From contig JAGVOT010000101.1 in NCBI GenBank assembly GCA_020052615.1, positions 57,592 to 121,591 of the forward strand: a DNA stretch of 64,000 nucleotides, written 5' to 3'. The position numbers were made by a program, and so were the translations under genes. The first letter of the stretch is position 1. Each line of letters begins with the position of its first letter. Below the pieces are notes generated by a model, which made no database searches, was not told the origin of the DNA, and saw only the letters and a list, made by a program, of their open reading frames with translations. This document shows positions 17,804 to 28,686 of this stretch, one piece after another. The DNA is from Nitrospirota bacterium. GTDB lineage: Bacteria > Nitrospirota > UBA9217.

Positions 17804-19054
17804 ATGGGACGATTCACTTTCCGCGCCTGGCGCAGGGTGGCAGCGTGGACGCAGGCAGTCCTGATATTGGGACTGCCTTTTGTCCGTGTAGGGGGAGAGA
17901 GCGCCCTCCGGTTCGATGTCCCTACGCTCAAGCTGTACTTCTTCGGTTCGGTCGTCTGGATCAGTGAGGCCTATTTTTTCCTTCTCGTTCTCCTTCTGTT
18001 CGCCATTGGGGTCATGCTGTTCACGGTGCTCTATGGGCGGATCTGGTGCGGCTGGATGTGTCCCCAGACCGTTCTTTCGGACTACTCCCGGTCGATCGAA
18101 AGAATAGCCGCATGGTTCACCGGCCACCGATTCCTCCGGACGGCGTTCTCCCAGGGCCTCCTTGCGGTTTTTTCCACCCTTGTCGCATTCGACCTCGTGG
18201 CTTTTTTCGTATCCCCGTACGATCTTCTGGCCGATGTCCGGTCCCGGTCGATAGGCCCCTGGACCTTCTGGTCATGGATCTTTTTTTCGTCCCTTATCTA
18301 CCTGAATCTGGTATTTGTACGCCAGCGCTTCTGCGCTTCGATCTGTCCTTATGCGCGTTTCCAGAGCGCGTTCTTTGACCAAGACACGCTGACCATCGCT
18401 TTCGACGCATCACGTGCCGGTGAATGCATGGGATGTGAGGCCTGTGTGAGGACCTGTCCCGCGGAGATAGATATCCGGCAGGGCCTCCAGGTCGAGTGCA
18501 TTAATTGCGCCGCGTGCATCGATGCGTGCTCCCACCAGAGGGACCGATATGGAAAAGGATCTCTGGTGTATTATGCGAAAGGGAAAGGTGGTCATGACGG
18601 ACAGGCCGGGACCCGGCCGCGCGTGGTATGGCTTTCTCTCCTGCTATCCGTCATTGCGGTGCTGTTCCTGTACCAGATCTACAGCAGGATGCCTGTTGAT
18701 TTCTGGGTTATCCGGGACGAAAGGCAAAGTTATCACCAGATCGGGGTGCGGGGCAATATATTAAACGCTTACAGCCTGCTGATCGAGAACCGAAGCCTGA
18801 CGCCGGGGATCTATCAGCTCAGTATTTCAGGCATCAAGGATGCTGAACTTGTCATATCGCAGAACCCTGTTCGCATTCCACCGAACAGTTCCGCGCGCTT
18901 GCCGGTCTATGTCTTCGCAAAGAGGCAGAACCTTTCCGAGCGAATGACCCGGATCCGATTTACCCTGACGGATACTGTATCGAGTGAGATCAGGATCGAC
19001 CAGGAGGCGCCGTTCATCTATCCCGAACGATCTGACAAGGGAGTTGATATCTGA
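17804..19054 (+). CDS. ccoG: cbb3 oxidase accessory 4Fe-4S ferredoxin CcoG/FixG.
   Basis: GRIWCGWMCPQT, ASICPYARFQ, CMGCEACVRTCP, CINCAACIDAC, plus N-terminal TM helices. Confidence 0.85.
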   Translation: MGRFTFRAWRRVAAWTQAVLILGLPFVRVGGESALRFDVPTLKLYFFGSVVWISEAYFFLLVLLLFAIGVMLFTVLYGRIWCGWMCPQTVLSDYSRSIERIAAWFTGHRFLRTAFSQGLLAVFSTLVAFDLVAFFVSPYDLLADVRSRSIGPWTFWSWIFFSSLIYLNLVFVRQRFCASICPYARFQSAFFDQDTLTIAFDASRAGECMGCEACVRTCPAEIDIRQGLQVECINCAACIDACSHQRDRYGKGSLVYYAKGKGGHDGQAGTRPRVVWLSLLLSVIAVLFLYQIYSRMPVDFWVIRDERQSYHQIGVRGNILNAYSLLIENRSLTPGIYQLSISGIKDAELVISQNPVRIPPNSSARLPVYVFAKRQNLSERMTRIRFTLTDTVSSEIRIDQEAPFIYPERSDKGVDI

Positions 19055-19056
19055 CA

Positions 19057-21521
19057 TGGAGACTTCGACCGCTCACTCGGGGCGCTGTGACCATTGCCTG
19101 CTTCCGGTTGACGGACAGGATGCCCGGTATGATGATTATCCTACTGGTCGCAAGACCTTCTGCTGCAATGCCTGCCGGGCAATTTACCGGATGATCCAGG
19201 AGGAAGGCCTTGGTGAGTTCTATCGGAAACGGGACTGGCGATCCTCGGGCATACCCAAAACCCTCATCACAGCCGGTGATCGAGGCACGGAACCTGACGT
19301 TGAGGAACTCGAAGCGCTAGCGACCTTCATCCGGGGGGATGGCTTGGTAAAAGAGGCAAACCTCATGATCGACGGCATCAGGTGCGCTTCCTGCATCTGG
19401 CTGAACGAGAAGGTCCTTGAAAGAACACCGGGGATACTTTCAGCCCGGGTGAACTTTGCCACCCATCGTGCCCAGATACGCTGGGACAGTTCACGGATCA
19501 CGCTGGGGAGGATACTGTCGCGCATCAGGTCTGCGGGGTACATCGCCAGGACCTTCACACCTGATGCGCACGAGGCTTTGCTCAAACAGCAGAACCGCGA
19601 CCTGCTGCTTCGTTTCGGCACTGCGGCGTTCTTTTCCATGCAGCTGATGCTGTTCTCCTTCGGCCTCTACGCGGGTTTTTTTCAAGGCATCGATCCGGTG
19701 AGCAAACACTGGCTCGAATACGGCGCCCTGCTGGTCTGCACGCCGGTGCTCTTCTATTCCGGATGGCCTTTCCTGAAGAGCGCTGCTCGCGGCATACGGA
19801 ACAGGTCCCTCAATATGGATGTCCTGATAGTTCTGGGTGCGCTCTCCGCTTACGCTTTGAGCGTTCGTCAGATGCTCATGGGAGGCGAGGTCTATTTTGA
19901 CACCTCGGCGATGATCATTACCCTGGTGCTCCTCGGCAGGCTGCTCGAGAACGCAGCAAGGCACAAGGCGTCTGAGGCCGTAACGCGTCTTCTTGCGCTC
20001 CAGCCGCAGGAGGCACGGTTGGTCCAGGGTACGGACCGCGTGATCGTGCCTGCAGCAAGGGTTCTCATCGGGGACCTGATCGAGATCCTGCCCGGAGAAA
20101 AGGTCCCTCTGGACGGGATCGTTCGTCAGGGGACATCGGAAACCGATGGATCGCTCGTCACCGGTGAGTCAATGCCCGTCGACGTATCGGCGGGGTCAGA
20201 AGTTATCGGCGGTTCGTTGAACGGGCTTGGATCGCTGATCGTAGAGGTTACCCGTATCGGCCAGGATACGCTCATTGCCCAGATATCCCGGCTCGTGGAA
20301 CAGGCCCAGGCGGCGACAGCGCCGATCCAGAGGCTCGCCGACAGGATCTCGGCGTACTTCATCCCCGTTGTGCTGGCAGCTTCGGGAGCCACATTCTGGT
20401 ACTCCTATCACTATTTTTACGTCGACCACTCGCTGCTCAATGCCGTGTCCGTCCTGGTCATCGCCTGTCCCTGCGCTCTGGGCCTGGCAACGCCGGTTGC
20501 GGTCCTTGCCGGTACCGGGTTTGCTGCACGAAAGGGGATCCTCATCAAGGGCGGGGACATCCTTGAGCGCATACACAAGGTGCATACGGTCGTTTTGGAC
20601 AAGACCGGTACGATCACGACGGGAAAGATGAGCGTTGTTGAGATCAGGGGGCAGGGGTCAGGGGTCAGGGGTCAAGGGGAAGAAAAAGAAATAGTGCAGT
20701 ATGCCGCGTCAGCAGAGCAGGGATCCGAACATCCCATGGGGTCTGCAATCGTACGGCATGCCGAACAAGAGGGGATCCAACTCTATCCCTTTGCTGCATT
20801 CAAGGCAACTCCGGGACAAGGAGTGGAGGCCGCGGTCAATGGATCAGTCGTTGTTGTTGGCAAGAGAGCATACCTGGAAGCCAGGGGGGTCGCGCTTGAT
20901 CCAGCCATCGTCCAGGAAGCGGGACTGATCGAAAATACCGGAAAGACCGTTATATGGGTCGCTCGCGGAACAATGTCCCTCGGTTATCTCGCCTTGATGG
21001 ACATTCCCAAGGAAGATTCGGAGGCTGCAGTCGGTCTGTTGAAGAGCATGCGTATTGATGTTACGATGGTCACCGGAGACAATGCCGCGACGGCGCGGGC
21101 GATCGCGGACCGGACGGGAATTACTTCGGTCATTGCCGGAGTACTGCCGCGGGAGAAATCAGAAGAAATTGAGCGATTGAAAGCGCAGGGAAAGGTGGTT
21201 GCCATGGTCGGCGACGGGATCAACGACGCGCCGGCGCTCGCCGCTGCCGATATCGGCATGGCCATGGCCTCGGGTACTGATATTGCCATGGAATCGGCTG
21301 ATGTGGTGCTCATGCGGTCCGACCTGAAAAGCGTGGTCCAGGCCATTGAGCTGTCCCGAAAGACGTTCAGGATCATCAAGCAGAACCTTTTTTGGGCATT
21401 TTTTTACAATGTTGCGGCTATACCTCTCGCCATGGCAGGACTTTTAAACCCGATCATTGCAGCGGCGGCAATGGCGATAAGCTCGGTTACGGTGGTGATG
21501 AATTCACTTCGCTTAAGATAA
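19057..21521 (+). CDS. ccoI: Copper-translocating P1B-type ATPase CcoI/FixI.
   Basis: N-terminal Cys-rich CDHC...CCNACR. HMA: IDGIRCASCIWLNEK. CPC: VIACPCALGLATP. DKTGTITTGK, HP, VTGDN, GDGINDAPAL. Its ATG overlaps the ccoG stop. Confidence 0.9.
20645..20679 (+). repeat. Tandem 7-bp repeat (CAGGGGT x3 perfect plus flanking degenerate copies) inside ccoI, encoding RGQGSGVRGQGEE.
   Basis: agatcaGGGGGCAGGGGTCAGGGGTCAGGGGTCAAGGGGaag. Confidence 0.8.
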
Positions 21522-21644
21522 TGGTATGCCTCTGAGCAGCACGGATACGCTGAACCGTATCCAGTTCAAGAGAACATTGAAAAGGCGGCTTTGGGAACCT
21601 CGCTCTCATTGCTCGTAGTCCATTGATATTCGGGAGCTATTACT

Positions 21645-21788
21645 ATGCTCTGGACGATCATCGCGCTGATCATTCTTATGTTCTTCGTCGGTCTGGCAGG
21701 ATGGTTCATTTTCCTCTGGGCGGTCAAGTCGGGCCAGTTCGACGACATCGAGCGGCCCAAGCACCGCATGATGGATGACGACAGCTAG
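21645..21788 (+). CDS. ccoS: cbb3 oxidase maturation protein CcoS/FixS (47 aa); not in the supplied ORF track.
   Basis: MLWTIIALIILMFFVGLAGWFIFLWAVKSGQFDDIERPKHRMMDDDS: one TM plus the SGQFDD motif characteristic of FixS. Confidence 0.65.
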   Translation: MLWTIIALIILMFFVGLAGWFIFLWAVKSGQFDDIERPKHRMMDDDS

Positions 21789-21836
21789 AAACGAAAGATT
21801 GCCACGTTCGATCCGACAGAACGCCAAAACACTTGC

Positions 21837-22532
21837 ATGAACATTTCTGAACTTGTTGAAATATTCCTCATCGGTCTCCTCGGCAGCATGCACTGCATAG
21901 GCATGTGTGGCGGTTTTGTGGCGATGTATACGCTCAGGAAGCCTGCTCCCAGGCCGGCGCTGCCGTACCATCTGTTCTACAACATCGGCAGAATAACCAC
22001 CTATGCGACCATCGGCGGCGTCCTGGGATATATCGGGTCCTTTGCCATGACCCTTGGGAAGCATCGCGGTATCCCGGGAGCGGTCCTTCTTGTTTCCGGA
22101 GCTTTCATGATCCTCATGGGACTCGATCTTGCCGGTATAGGGGGAAAGAGAGGGCTCTTCGAATATACGGGGATAACTGCAATGACCTTCTTTCGGAGAT
22201 CGCTCCATCGAGTTCTTGCCCTGGAATCCGCCGGGGGAACGTTTTTGCTCGGGCTGCTGCTGGGCCTCCTGCCCTGCGGTCTGCTTTACCCCTTGTTCAT
22301 GCATGCAGCGGGAAGCGGAGGTTTTATCAACGGCATGCTTTCCCTGCTCGTCTTCGGTCTCGGCACCGTGCCTGCGATGTTATCCTTCGGGTACCTGGTA
22401 TCACGCATTCAGGCACATATGAAACTGCTCCTGTACCGTATCGCAGCCTTTCTGATCGTGCTGCTCGGCGTGCGCTCCCTGCTGCGCGGCATGGCGTTCA
22501 ATGGATGGATATCCTTCGGTACCTACTGGTAG
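21837..22532 (+). CDS. Polytopic membrane protein of the DsbD_2/TauE-like family with an HCxGMCGG motif (cco-cluster-associated).
   Basis: MNISELVEIFLIGLLGSMHCIGMCGGFVAMY plus about six TM helices. Confidence 0.45.
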   Translation: MNISELVEIFLIGLLGSMHCIGMCGGFVAMYTLRKPAPRPALPYHLFYNIGRITTYATIGGVLGYIGSFAMTLGKHRGIPGAVLLVSGAFMILMGLDLAGIGGKRGLFEYTGITAMTFFRRSLHRVLALESAGGTFLLGLLLGLLPCGLLYPLFMHAAGSGGFINGMLSLLVFGLGTVPAMLSFGYLVSRIQAHMKLLLYRIAAFLIVLLGVRSLLRGMAFNGWISFGTYW

Positions 22533-22562
22533 ATCTGTCCGCACCTGCCGAGGAATAATCGC

Positions 22563-22622
22563 TTGACAATACAGGGTAGTCGAGGTAATGTGGGCATTCA
22601 ATTTAATTAACCGAACGGTTAA
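22563..22622 (+). promoter_or_regulatory. tetR promoter and candidate operator: -35 TTGACA (22563-22568), -10 TAATGT (22586-22591); operator inverted repeat TTAACCG-AA-CGGTTAA (22607-22622).
   Basis: 17-nt spacer. A perfect 7-bp half-site inverted repeat lies between the -10 and the tetR ATG (22630). Confidence 0.5.
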
Positions 22623-22629
22623 TATCAGT

Positions 22630-23331
22630 ATGACAGCGCTCAAACAAAGATCTACAGGGACTGCAGTCGGCAGGCGGCGGAAATCCGCGAAACCCGACCG
22701 GGACTCCCGCGCAGCAATCTTGAACGCGGCCCGCTCAGTGTTCGCACAAAGGGGCTTCGAGGGCGCGTCGACCCGTGAGGTTGCCGAGGTTGCCGGCGTC
22801 AACAACGCCATGATCTATTACCATTTCAAGGACAAGGAAAAGCTCTATCGGGCCGTACTCTCCGATTCCTTCTCTGCATTCGAATGCATCTGGGATCATG
22901 CGATATTCCGATCGTTGGCTTCCACGAGGGAGAAGGTCCAGAAATATGTCGAGGAGTTCATACGGTTCCAGCATAGGAACGAAGAACTGCGGAGGATCAT
23001 GTCCATGGAGTTTGCGGCCTGTACGAAGAACTACAAGTGGCTGGCCGAAAATCATTTTATCCATAGTTATGATCGACTGGCAGCTCTCTTGAAAGAAGGG
23101 ATGAAGCGAGGCGAATTGAGGAAGGTCGATCCGGCGATGGCCATACCCAGCCTGGTCGGAATGATCATTCATAGCTTCATCATGAGGCCGATTGCCGAAC
23201 ATGTCACCGGCAAGAAACTGGACCTGACCGCCAGCAGGTTCGGGAACTTCGTAACGCGTATGTTCTTCGATGGTCTTGGTCTTGATCGTCATAAGGGAAA
23301 GAGCGCCGGTCACCGAGGGTATTCGCAATGA
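22630..23331 (+). CDS. TetR/AcrR-family transcriptional repressor.
   Basis: HTH: RAAILNAARSVFAQRGFEGASTREVAEVAGVNNAMIYYHFKDKEKLY. Confidence 0.8.
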   Translation: MTALKQRSTGTAVGRRRKSAKPDRDSRAAILNAARSVFAQRGFEGASTREVAEVAGVNNAMIYYHFKDKEKLYRAVLSDSFSAFECIWDHAIFRSLASTREKVQKYVEEFIRFQHRNEELRRIMSMEFAACTKNYKWLAENHFIHSYDRLAALLKEGMKRGELRKVDPAMAIPSLVGMIIHSFIMRPIAEHVTGKKLDLTASRFGNFVTRMFFDGLGLDRHKGKSAGHRGYSQ

Positions 23332-24620
23332 AAGAACGGTTTGTATCTATTGTTATGCTCCTTGCGGTGAGCGTTTCCGCAATCGCGGCTGAACAGTCCG
23401 TGTATACGCTCCAGGACTCCTATGAAGCAGCGCTGAGGTCCTACGAAGGGGTCAAGATATCCGAGGAGAATGTGGTGCAGGCGGACAGCAGGGTGGATCA
23501 GGCCTGGACCTACATCTATCCGCGCCTGACGGCCTATGGGGCCTATACCCGATACAACGATGTGCTGCCGCCCGGAGGCGGGGGCTTCATCTTTCAGCCG
23601 GAGGAGCAGATGCAGGCATCCCTGGTATTGACCCAGCCGCTCTATACCGGCGGCAGGACGCTTGCGGCGCTCAGGGCTGCGAAGACGATGCGGGAATCGA
23701 GCATAAGCGGTCTGGCCACGACAAATCAGGATATCATGCTGAGCGTCGCGGACGCGTACTACGCCGTGATCAGGGCTCAAAAGATCATCGAGGTAAGCAA
23801 GGGGGCCCTGGAGCGCATGGAGCGCCACAAAAAGGTCACGGAGCGGGAAGCATCGACCCGGAGGTCCAAGGCGAACGTATCTTCGCTCCTGCGAGCGAAT
23901 ACCCTGGTGGAGCAGGCACGGATCAATCTGCTCCTCGCCGAAGATGGTCTCAAGATCGCCCGTCGGAAGCTGGCACTTCTGACCCGATTGCCGGAGAACA
24001 GCGCCTTTGCCGAACCGTCGCCCTTGACCTTGCCGCAGGAGAATGTGGAATCACTTCTGGATACGGCGCTCAAATACCGCGACGACTACGCGAGCGCAAA
24101 ATTGAACACCCAGGTGGCGAAAGAGGTTGTGACCATCACCGAAGGGGGACATTATCCCCAGGTCTACGCCGAAGCCGGTGCCCGGTACCAGGACTCGGAT
24201 CCAAAGACCGGTTTGGACGCCACGACCTACTACGGCGGGGTCCGCCTGCAGATACCGATATTTGAAGGCGGCCTGATGAAGGCCGAGGTCTCAGAGGCGC
24301 GCTCCAAACAACGGCAATCGGAACTGTCGGCGGAGCTGTTGAAGCGGAACATCGAGAACGAGGTCCAGGAGGCCTACATCAACTGTCTGACGATCGATGC
24401 GGTGCTGGAAACGGCAAAGCGGCAGTTTGAATATGCGAAGAGCAACTTCGATACCGTGGAAAGCCTCTTTGCAGAGGGTCTGCTGCCCAGCCTGTCGGTG
24501 ATCGATGCCCAACAGGCCCTGTTCCTTGCGGAACGGGAAGTGACCTCGGCCGCCATCGGTCAGCAGCTTGCCATCCTGCGGCTCCAAAAGAGCCTGGGAG
24601 TGCTTGGAAAAAAGGTTTAG
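23328..24620 (+). CDS. Outer-membrane efflux protein (TolC/OprM family).
   Basis: Signal peptide MKERFVSIVMLLAVSVSAIAA. Two OEP repeats: LTQPLYTGGRTLAALRAAK..., IPIFEGGLMKAEVSEARSK... Confidence 0.75.
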   Translation: MKERFVSIVMLLAVSVSAIAAEQSVYTLQDSYEAALRSYEGVKISEENVVQADSRVDQAWTYIYPRLTAYGAYTRYNDVLPPGGGGFIFQPEEQMQASLVLTQPLYTGGRTLAALRAAKTMRESSISGLATTNQDIMLSVADAYYAVIRAQKIIEVSKGALERMERHKKVTEREASTRRSKANVSSLLRANTLVEQARINLLLAEDGLKIARRKLALLTRLPENSAFAEPSPLTLPQENVESLLDTALKYRDDYASAKLNTQVAKEVVTITEGGHYPQVYAEAGARYQDSDPKTGLDATTYYGGVRLQIPIFEGGLMKAEVSEARSKQRQSELSAELLKRNIENEVQEAYINCLTIDAVLETAKRQFEYAKSNFDTVESLFAEGLLPSLSVIDAQQALFLAEREVTSAAIGQQLAILRLQKSLGVLGKKV

Positions 24621-24719
24621 GACCTGGCCCGGATACCGGGGGGGGCGCAAGTGACGATGATCATCGTCCTGTACCCTGCCCGTTACTATCGTTTCGTTGC
24701 ATCAATACGCGAGGATACC

Positions 24720-27700
24720 GATGAGACTTCCTGAGATATCCATAAAACGTCCCGTGTTCATAACCATGGTCGGCCTTGCGCTCATCGTGTTCGGCCTCGT
24801 GGCCTTCCCCAAACTGGCCCTTGATCTCTTCCCGAAGATCGACTTTCCCGTCGTCAACATAACGACAAAACTGATCGGCGCGAGCCCGGAGATCATGGAA
24901 GTGGACGTCACGGACGTCGTCGAAGAGGCCGTGAACACCATCAGCGGCGTCAAGTCCATCACGTCGCGCAGCATGGAGGAGTTTTCCATCGTCACGGTGG
25001 AATTCTACCTCGAGCGGAACCTCGAACAGGCGGCGCAGGACGTTCGCGACAAGGTGGCTGCCGTCAAGAACAAGCTGCCCAAGGACACGGAACCGCCGGT
25101 GATCGAAAAAATCAGCCCCGAGGACCAGCCCATCATCTGGATCGCGGCATGGGGGGACCGGTCCATCAAGGACCTCACGCATTACGCGGACAAGGTCTTG
25201 AAACGGGAGATTGAGAAGATCCCCGGTGTTGGTTCCGTGACCATCAGCGGCGGCCGAATCCGTCAGGTGCGGATCTGGCTCGACCAGAAGAAAATGGACA
25301 ACCTCTCCCTTACCGCGGCGGATGTCAAGGCGGCCCTGGGGCTGGAACACCGCGAGGTCCCCGGCGGAAGGATCGAAAACTCCCGGACGGAGTATATCGT
25401 CAAGACCAAGGGAGAGTTCGAAACGCCCGAGGCCTTCAATGACATGGTGATCACGTATCGCCATGGAAGGCTCATCAAGCTCCGCGATATCGGCAAGTCC
25501 GAAGACGGCCTTGAAGACGAGCGCTCCCTGACCCGTTTCGACGGCAAAGTCTCCGTCGGTCTGTCCGTGAAGCGCCAGTCCGGAGAAAATACCGTCGCTG
25601 TGGCAGAACGGGTCAAGGCCGCGGTCGCCGCCGTCAAACCTCCTGAAGGCATCAAACTGAACATTACCTTCGACCAGTCGAAGTTCATCCGGCGTTCCAT
25701 CGAAGACGTCCAGATTTCATTGTGGCTCGGCGCCGGGCTCGCTGTTCTCATCATCTTTGTTTTCCTCAGGAGCGTCCGCAGCACACTGATCAGCGCCGTG
25801 GCCCTGCCGACGTCGGTCATAGCGACCTTTGCGTTCATACAGGTCTTCGGGTTCACCCTGAACATGATGACCATGCTGGCGCTTTCGCTTTCGATCGGCA
25901 TCCTGATCGACGATTCCATCGTGGTGCTCGAGAACATCTACCGGCGCATGGAGGAAGGGGAAGCACCGATGCAGGCCTCCCGGGAAGGTGCCTCGGAGAT
26001 CGGGCTGGCTGTCATGGCCACCACGCTGTCCATTGTGGCCGTGTTCGTTCCGGTGGCGTTCATGAAGGGCATCGTGGGCAAGTTCTTCTTCGAGTTCGGC
26101 ATCACCGTGACCGTGGCCGTCCTTGTTTCCCTCTTCGTTTCCCTGACGATCACGCCGATGATGACCTCGCGGTTTCTGAGCTACCAGCCGAAGCACGGCA
26201 AGGTCTACCTGTTCCTCGAACGGGTCTTCGACGCAGTGTTCGGCGTCTATCCGCCGCTCCTTGCCCTGGCGCTCCGGCACCGGTGGAAGGTCATCCTGAT
26301 CGCGCTGGCAAGCGTTGTCGCGGGCATCGCCCTCTTCCTGGTCCTGGGCAAGGAATTCCTGCCTGCCGAGGACCAGGGGCGATATCTCGTCAGGCTCGAA
26401 ACGCCCATCGACTATTCCTTGCCCCGCGCCGACAGCTCCATGCGGAAGATCGACGAGCAGCTTCGTCTGCGGCCTGAGGTGCTGAGCACATTCTATGTGA
26501 CCGGCTCCGATTTCTCACCCGATGTCAATAAAAGCAGGATCTTCGTGAATTTAAAGGAGCGAAAGGACCGGCAGATCGTCCAGATCGACTCGATGAAGCA
26601 GGTGCGGGAACTTGTTTCCGGAGCTCCTGATTTGAAGTCATCGGTGGAAATGATCGCCATGGTAGGGGGGGGCATGCGGTCGGTGCCCATTCAGCTCATG
26701 GTCCAGGGAAGGGACCTCGATGACGTGAACAGACGGACGATCGCCATGAAGGATGAATTCGCAAAACTGCCCGGCATTGTGGATGCGGATACCTCCATCG
26801 AGACGGGCAAACCCGAGGTGCGCATCCGGATCGACCGGGAAAATGCGGCCAACTTCGGCGTGAGCGCGGCGTCCATCGGCGGAACGGTCAACACCATGAT
26901 CGGCGGCGAGATCATCGGCAAGTTCAAGGATGAAAAAGAGGGGGAGCGATATGACATCACCGCGCGTTTGACCTCGGCGGAACGCGACCGGCCGTCGGCC
27001 ATAGAAGCTCTGTGGACCCGGTCCTTTACGGGAGAGCTTGTGCGTTTGAAGGATGTAACGACCGTTGAGACCGGCAAGGGACCAACGGTTATCATGCACT
27101 ACAACCGGCAGCGTGCCGCAACGCTCTTCGCGGGCACGGAAAAGACCAAGCCCATGGCCGAGGCCATAAACGACCTGAACGCGATCGTGAAGAAGAATAT
27201 CACTCCCGAGATATCAACCCGCTATGTCGGCATGGCGGACGCCATGCTGGATGCCTTCAAGAACATCGCTTTTGCACTCGTCATAGCCATCATCATGGTA
27301 TACATGATCCTGGCATCCCAGTTCGAGAGCTTTGTGCATCCTTTTACCATCATGTTCTCGCTGCCCGTCAGTTTTATAGGCGCCATGGGGCTTCTCCTTA
27401 TCACGGGGGAGCGTATCAGCATCTACAGCCTTATAGGCATCATCATGCTGATGGGACTGGTGACCAAGAACGCCATCCTGCTGGTGGACTATACCATTTC
27501 CCTGAGGAACAGGGGCATGTCACGAGAAGATGCCCTTATGAAAGCCGGACCTGTCCGGCTTCGGCCTATTGTCATGACCACGGCGGCGATGGTCTTCGGC
27601 ATGCTGCCTACGGCGCTCAAGATAGGGGAAGGGGCTGAGTCGCGTGCTCCCATGGCAATTGCCGTCATAGGGGGACTTATTACATCGACGCTTCTTACCC

Positions 27701-27777
27701 TGGTAGTTGTTCCCGTCGTTTATACGCTGATCGATGACCTTGAGATAAAGTTTAGGAAAGGCACTGTAATGCATTGA
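24720..27777 (+). CDS. RND efflux permease (HAE1/AcrB family, ~1019 aa).
   Basis: [26 protein letters not shown]... 12 TM segments with large periplasmic loops. Conserved AcrB motifs: [33 protein letters not shown]. Confidence 0.9.
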
Positions 27778-27864
27778 TTAAATGATATAAAATATGTTTT
27801 TTAAATACTTCCAGTGTCACTTGATGAATTTAAAGGTGTACTATACAATAGTGGTAATTCATAA

Positions 27865-28686
27865 ATGATCAAGCTCGGTCACATTGTTTTCTCGAATTGC
27901 TTCCCTGTCCATGCCGGTATTCTGACCGGGAAGATCGCTTGTCCTTTTCCGATCGTGGAAGGGATACCTTCCGAACTGAACCGGGCGCTCGTCGAGGGCA
28001 AGATTGATGTCTCTCCGTCGTCATCGATCGAATACGCCACGAACCCGGGCAAGTACCGCATTCTGCCGGGCCTGTCGATAACCTCACGTAACGAGGTAAT
28101 GAGCATTCTCCTCGAAAGCCGGGTACCCCTCGACGAACTTAACAACAAGACCGTCGCACTGACCACGGCGTCTGCCACGTCGGTCGTACTTCTCAGGGTG
28201 ATCCTCGAGCTCTTTACCGGTGTGAATCCGGACTTTATGCTGTACGAACAGGGTGTTGAAGACCCCTACGGCCAGGCGGACGCGGTCCTGACCATCGGTG
28301 ATCTTGCCCTCCAGCGCTCCCTCAGCCCCCGATTTCCTCAAACCTTTGATCTTGGTGCGATCTGGCATCGGCAGACCGGCCTGCCTTTTGTGTTCGCGCT
28401 ATGGCAGGTGAACTACCGCAAGACGATGGACAAGGATCTGGCGCGTCTTCTCGATATCCTCGGGAAGTCGAAACAGTATGGACTGTCCCGGCTGCGGGAA
28501 CTTGCTGCTGAGAATGCTGCGCGGTTCGGGATCCCCGCTGAGAGGCTTCTTCAATATTGGAGCTTGTTCAGCTACGATCTCGGTTCGGACGAACAGAAGG
28601 GGCTTCTTGCTTTCTACGGCTATGCGGCTGAACTGGGGGCCATCGATGCCGTACCGGAGCTTCGCTTCTGGGGGGGGCAGGCATGA
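27865..28686 (+). CDS. mqnA: Futalosine-pathway menaquinone biosynthesis protein MqnA (chorismate dehydratase family).
   Basis: MIKLGHIVFSNCFPVHAGIL...IDVSPSSSIEYA...VALTTASATSVVLLRVILE...VLTIGDLALQ is a periplasmic-binding-fold MqnA/MqnD signature. Confidence 0.65.
   Translation: MIKLGHIVFSNCFPVHAGILTGKIACPFPIVEGIPSELNRALVEGKIDVSPSSSIEYATNPGKYRILPGLSITSRNEVMSILLESRVPLDELNNKTVALTTASATSVVLLRVILELFTGVNPDFMLYEQGVEDPYGQADAVLTIGDLALQRSLSPRFPQTFDLGAIWHRQTGLPFVFALWQVNYRKTMDKDLARLLDILGKSKQYGLSRLRELAAENAARFGIPAERLLQYWSLFSYDLGSDEQKGLLAFYGYAAELGAIDAVPELRFWGGQA

Noticed and set aside
20645-20679. Possible CRISPR array from the GGGGTCA repeats.
   Set aside because: The unit is 7 bp with no spacers and is in-frame coding sequence of ccoI. 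It is a simple tandem repeat, not CRISPR.
24661-25464. 267-aa minus-strand ORF.
   Set aside because: Lies inside the RND permease gene (the minus-strand ORF track entry at 24661-25464 is antisense junk). The RND start is set at 24720.
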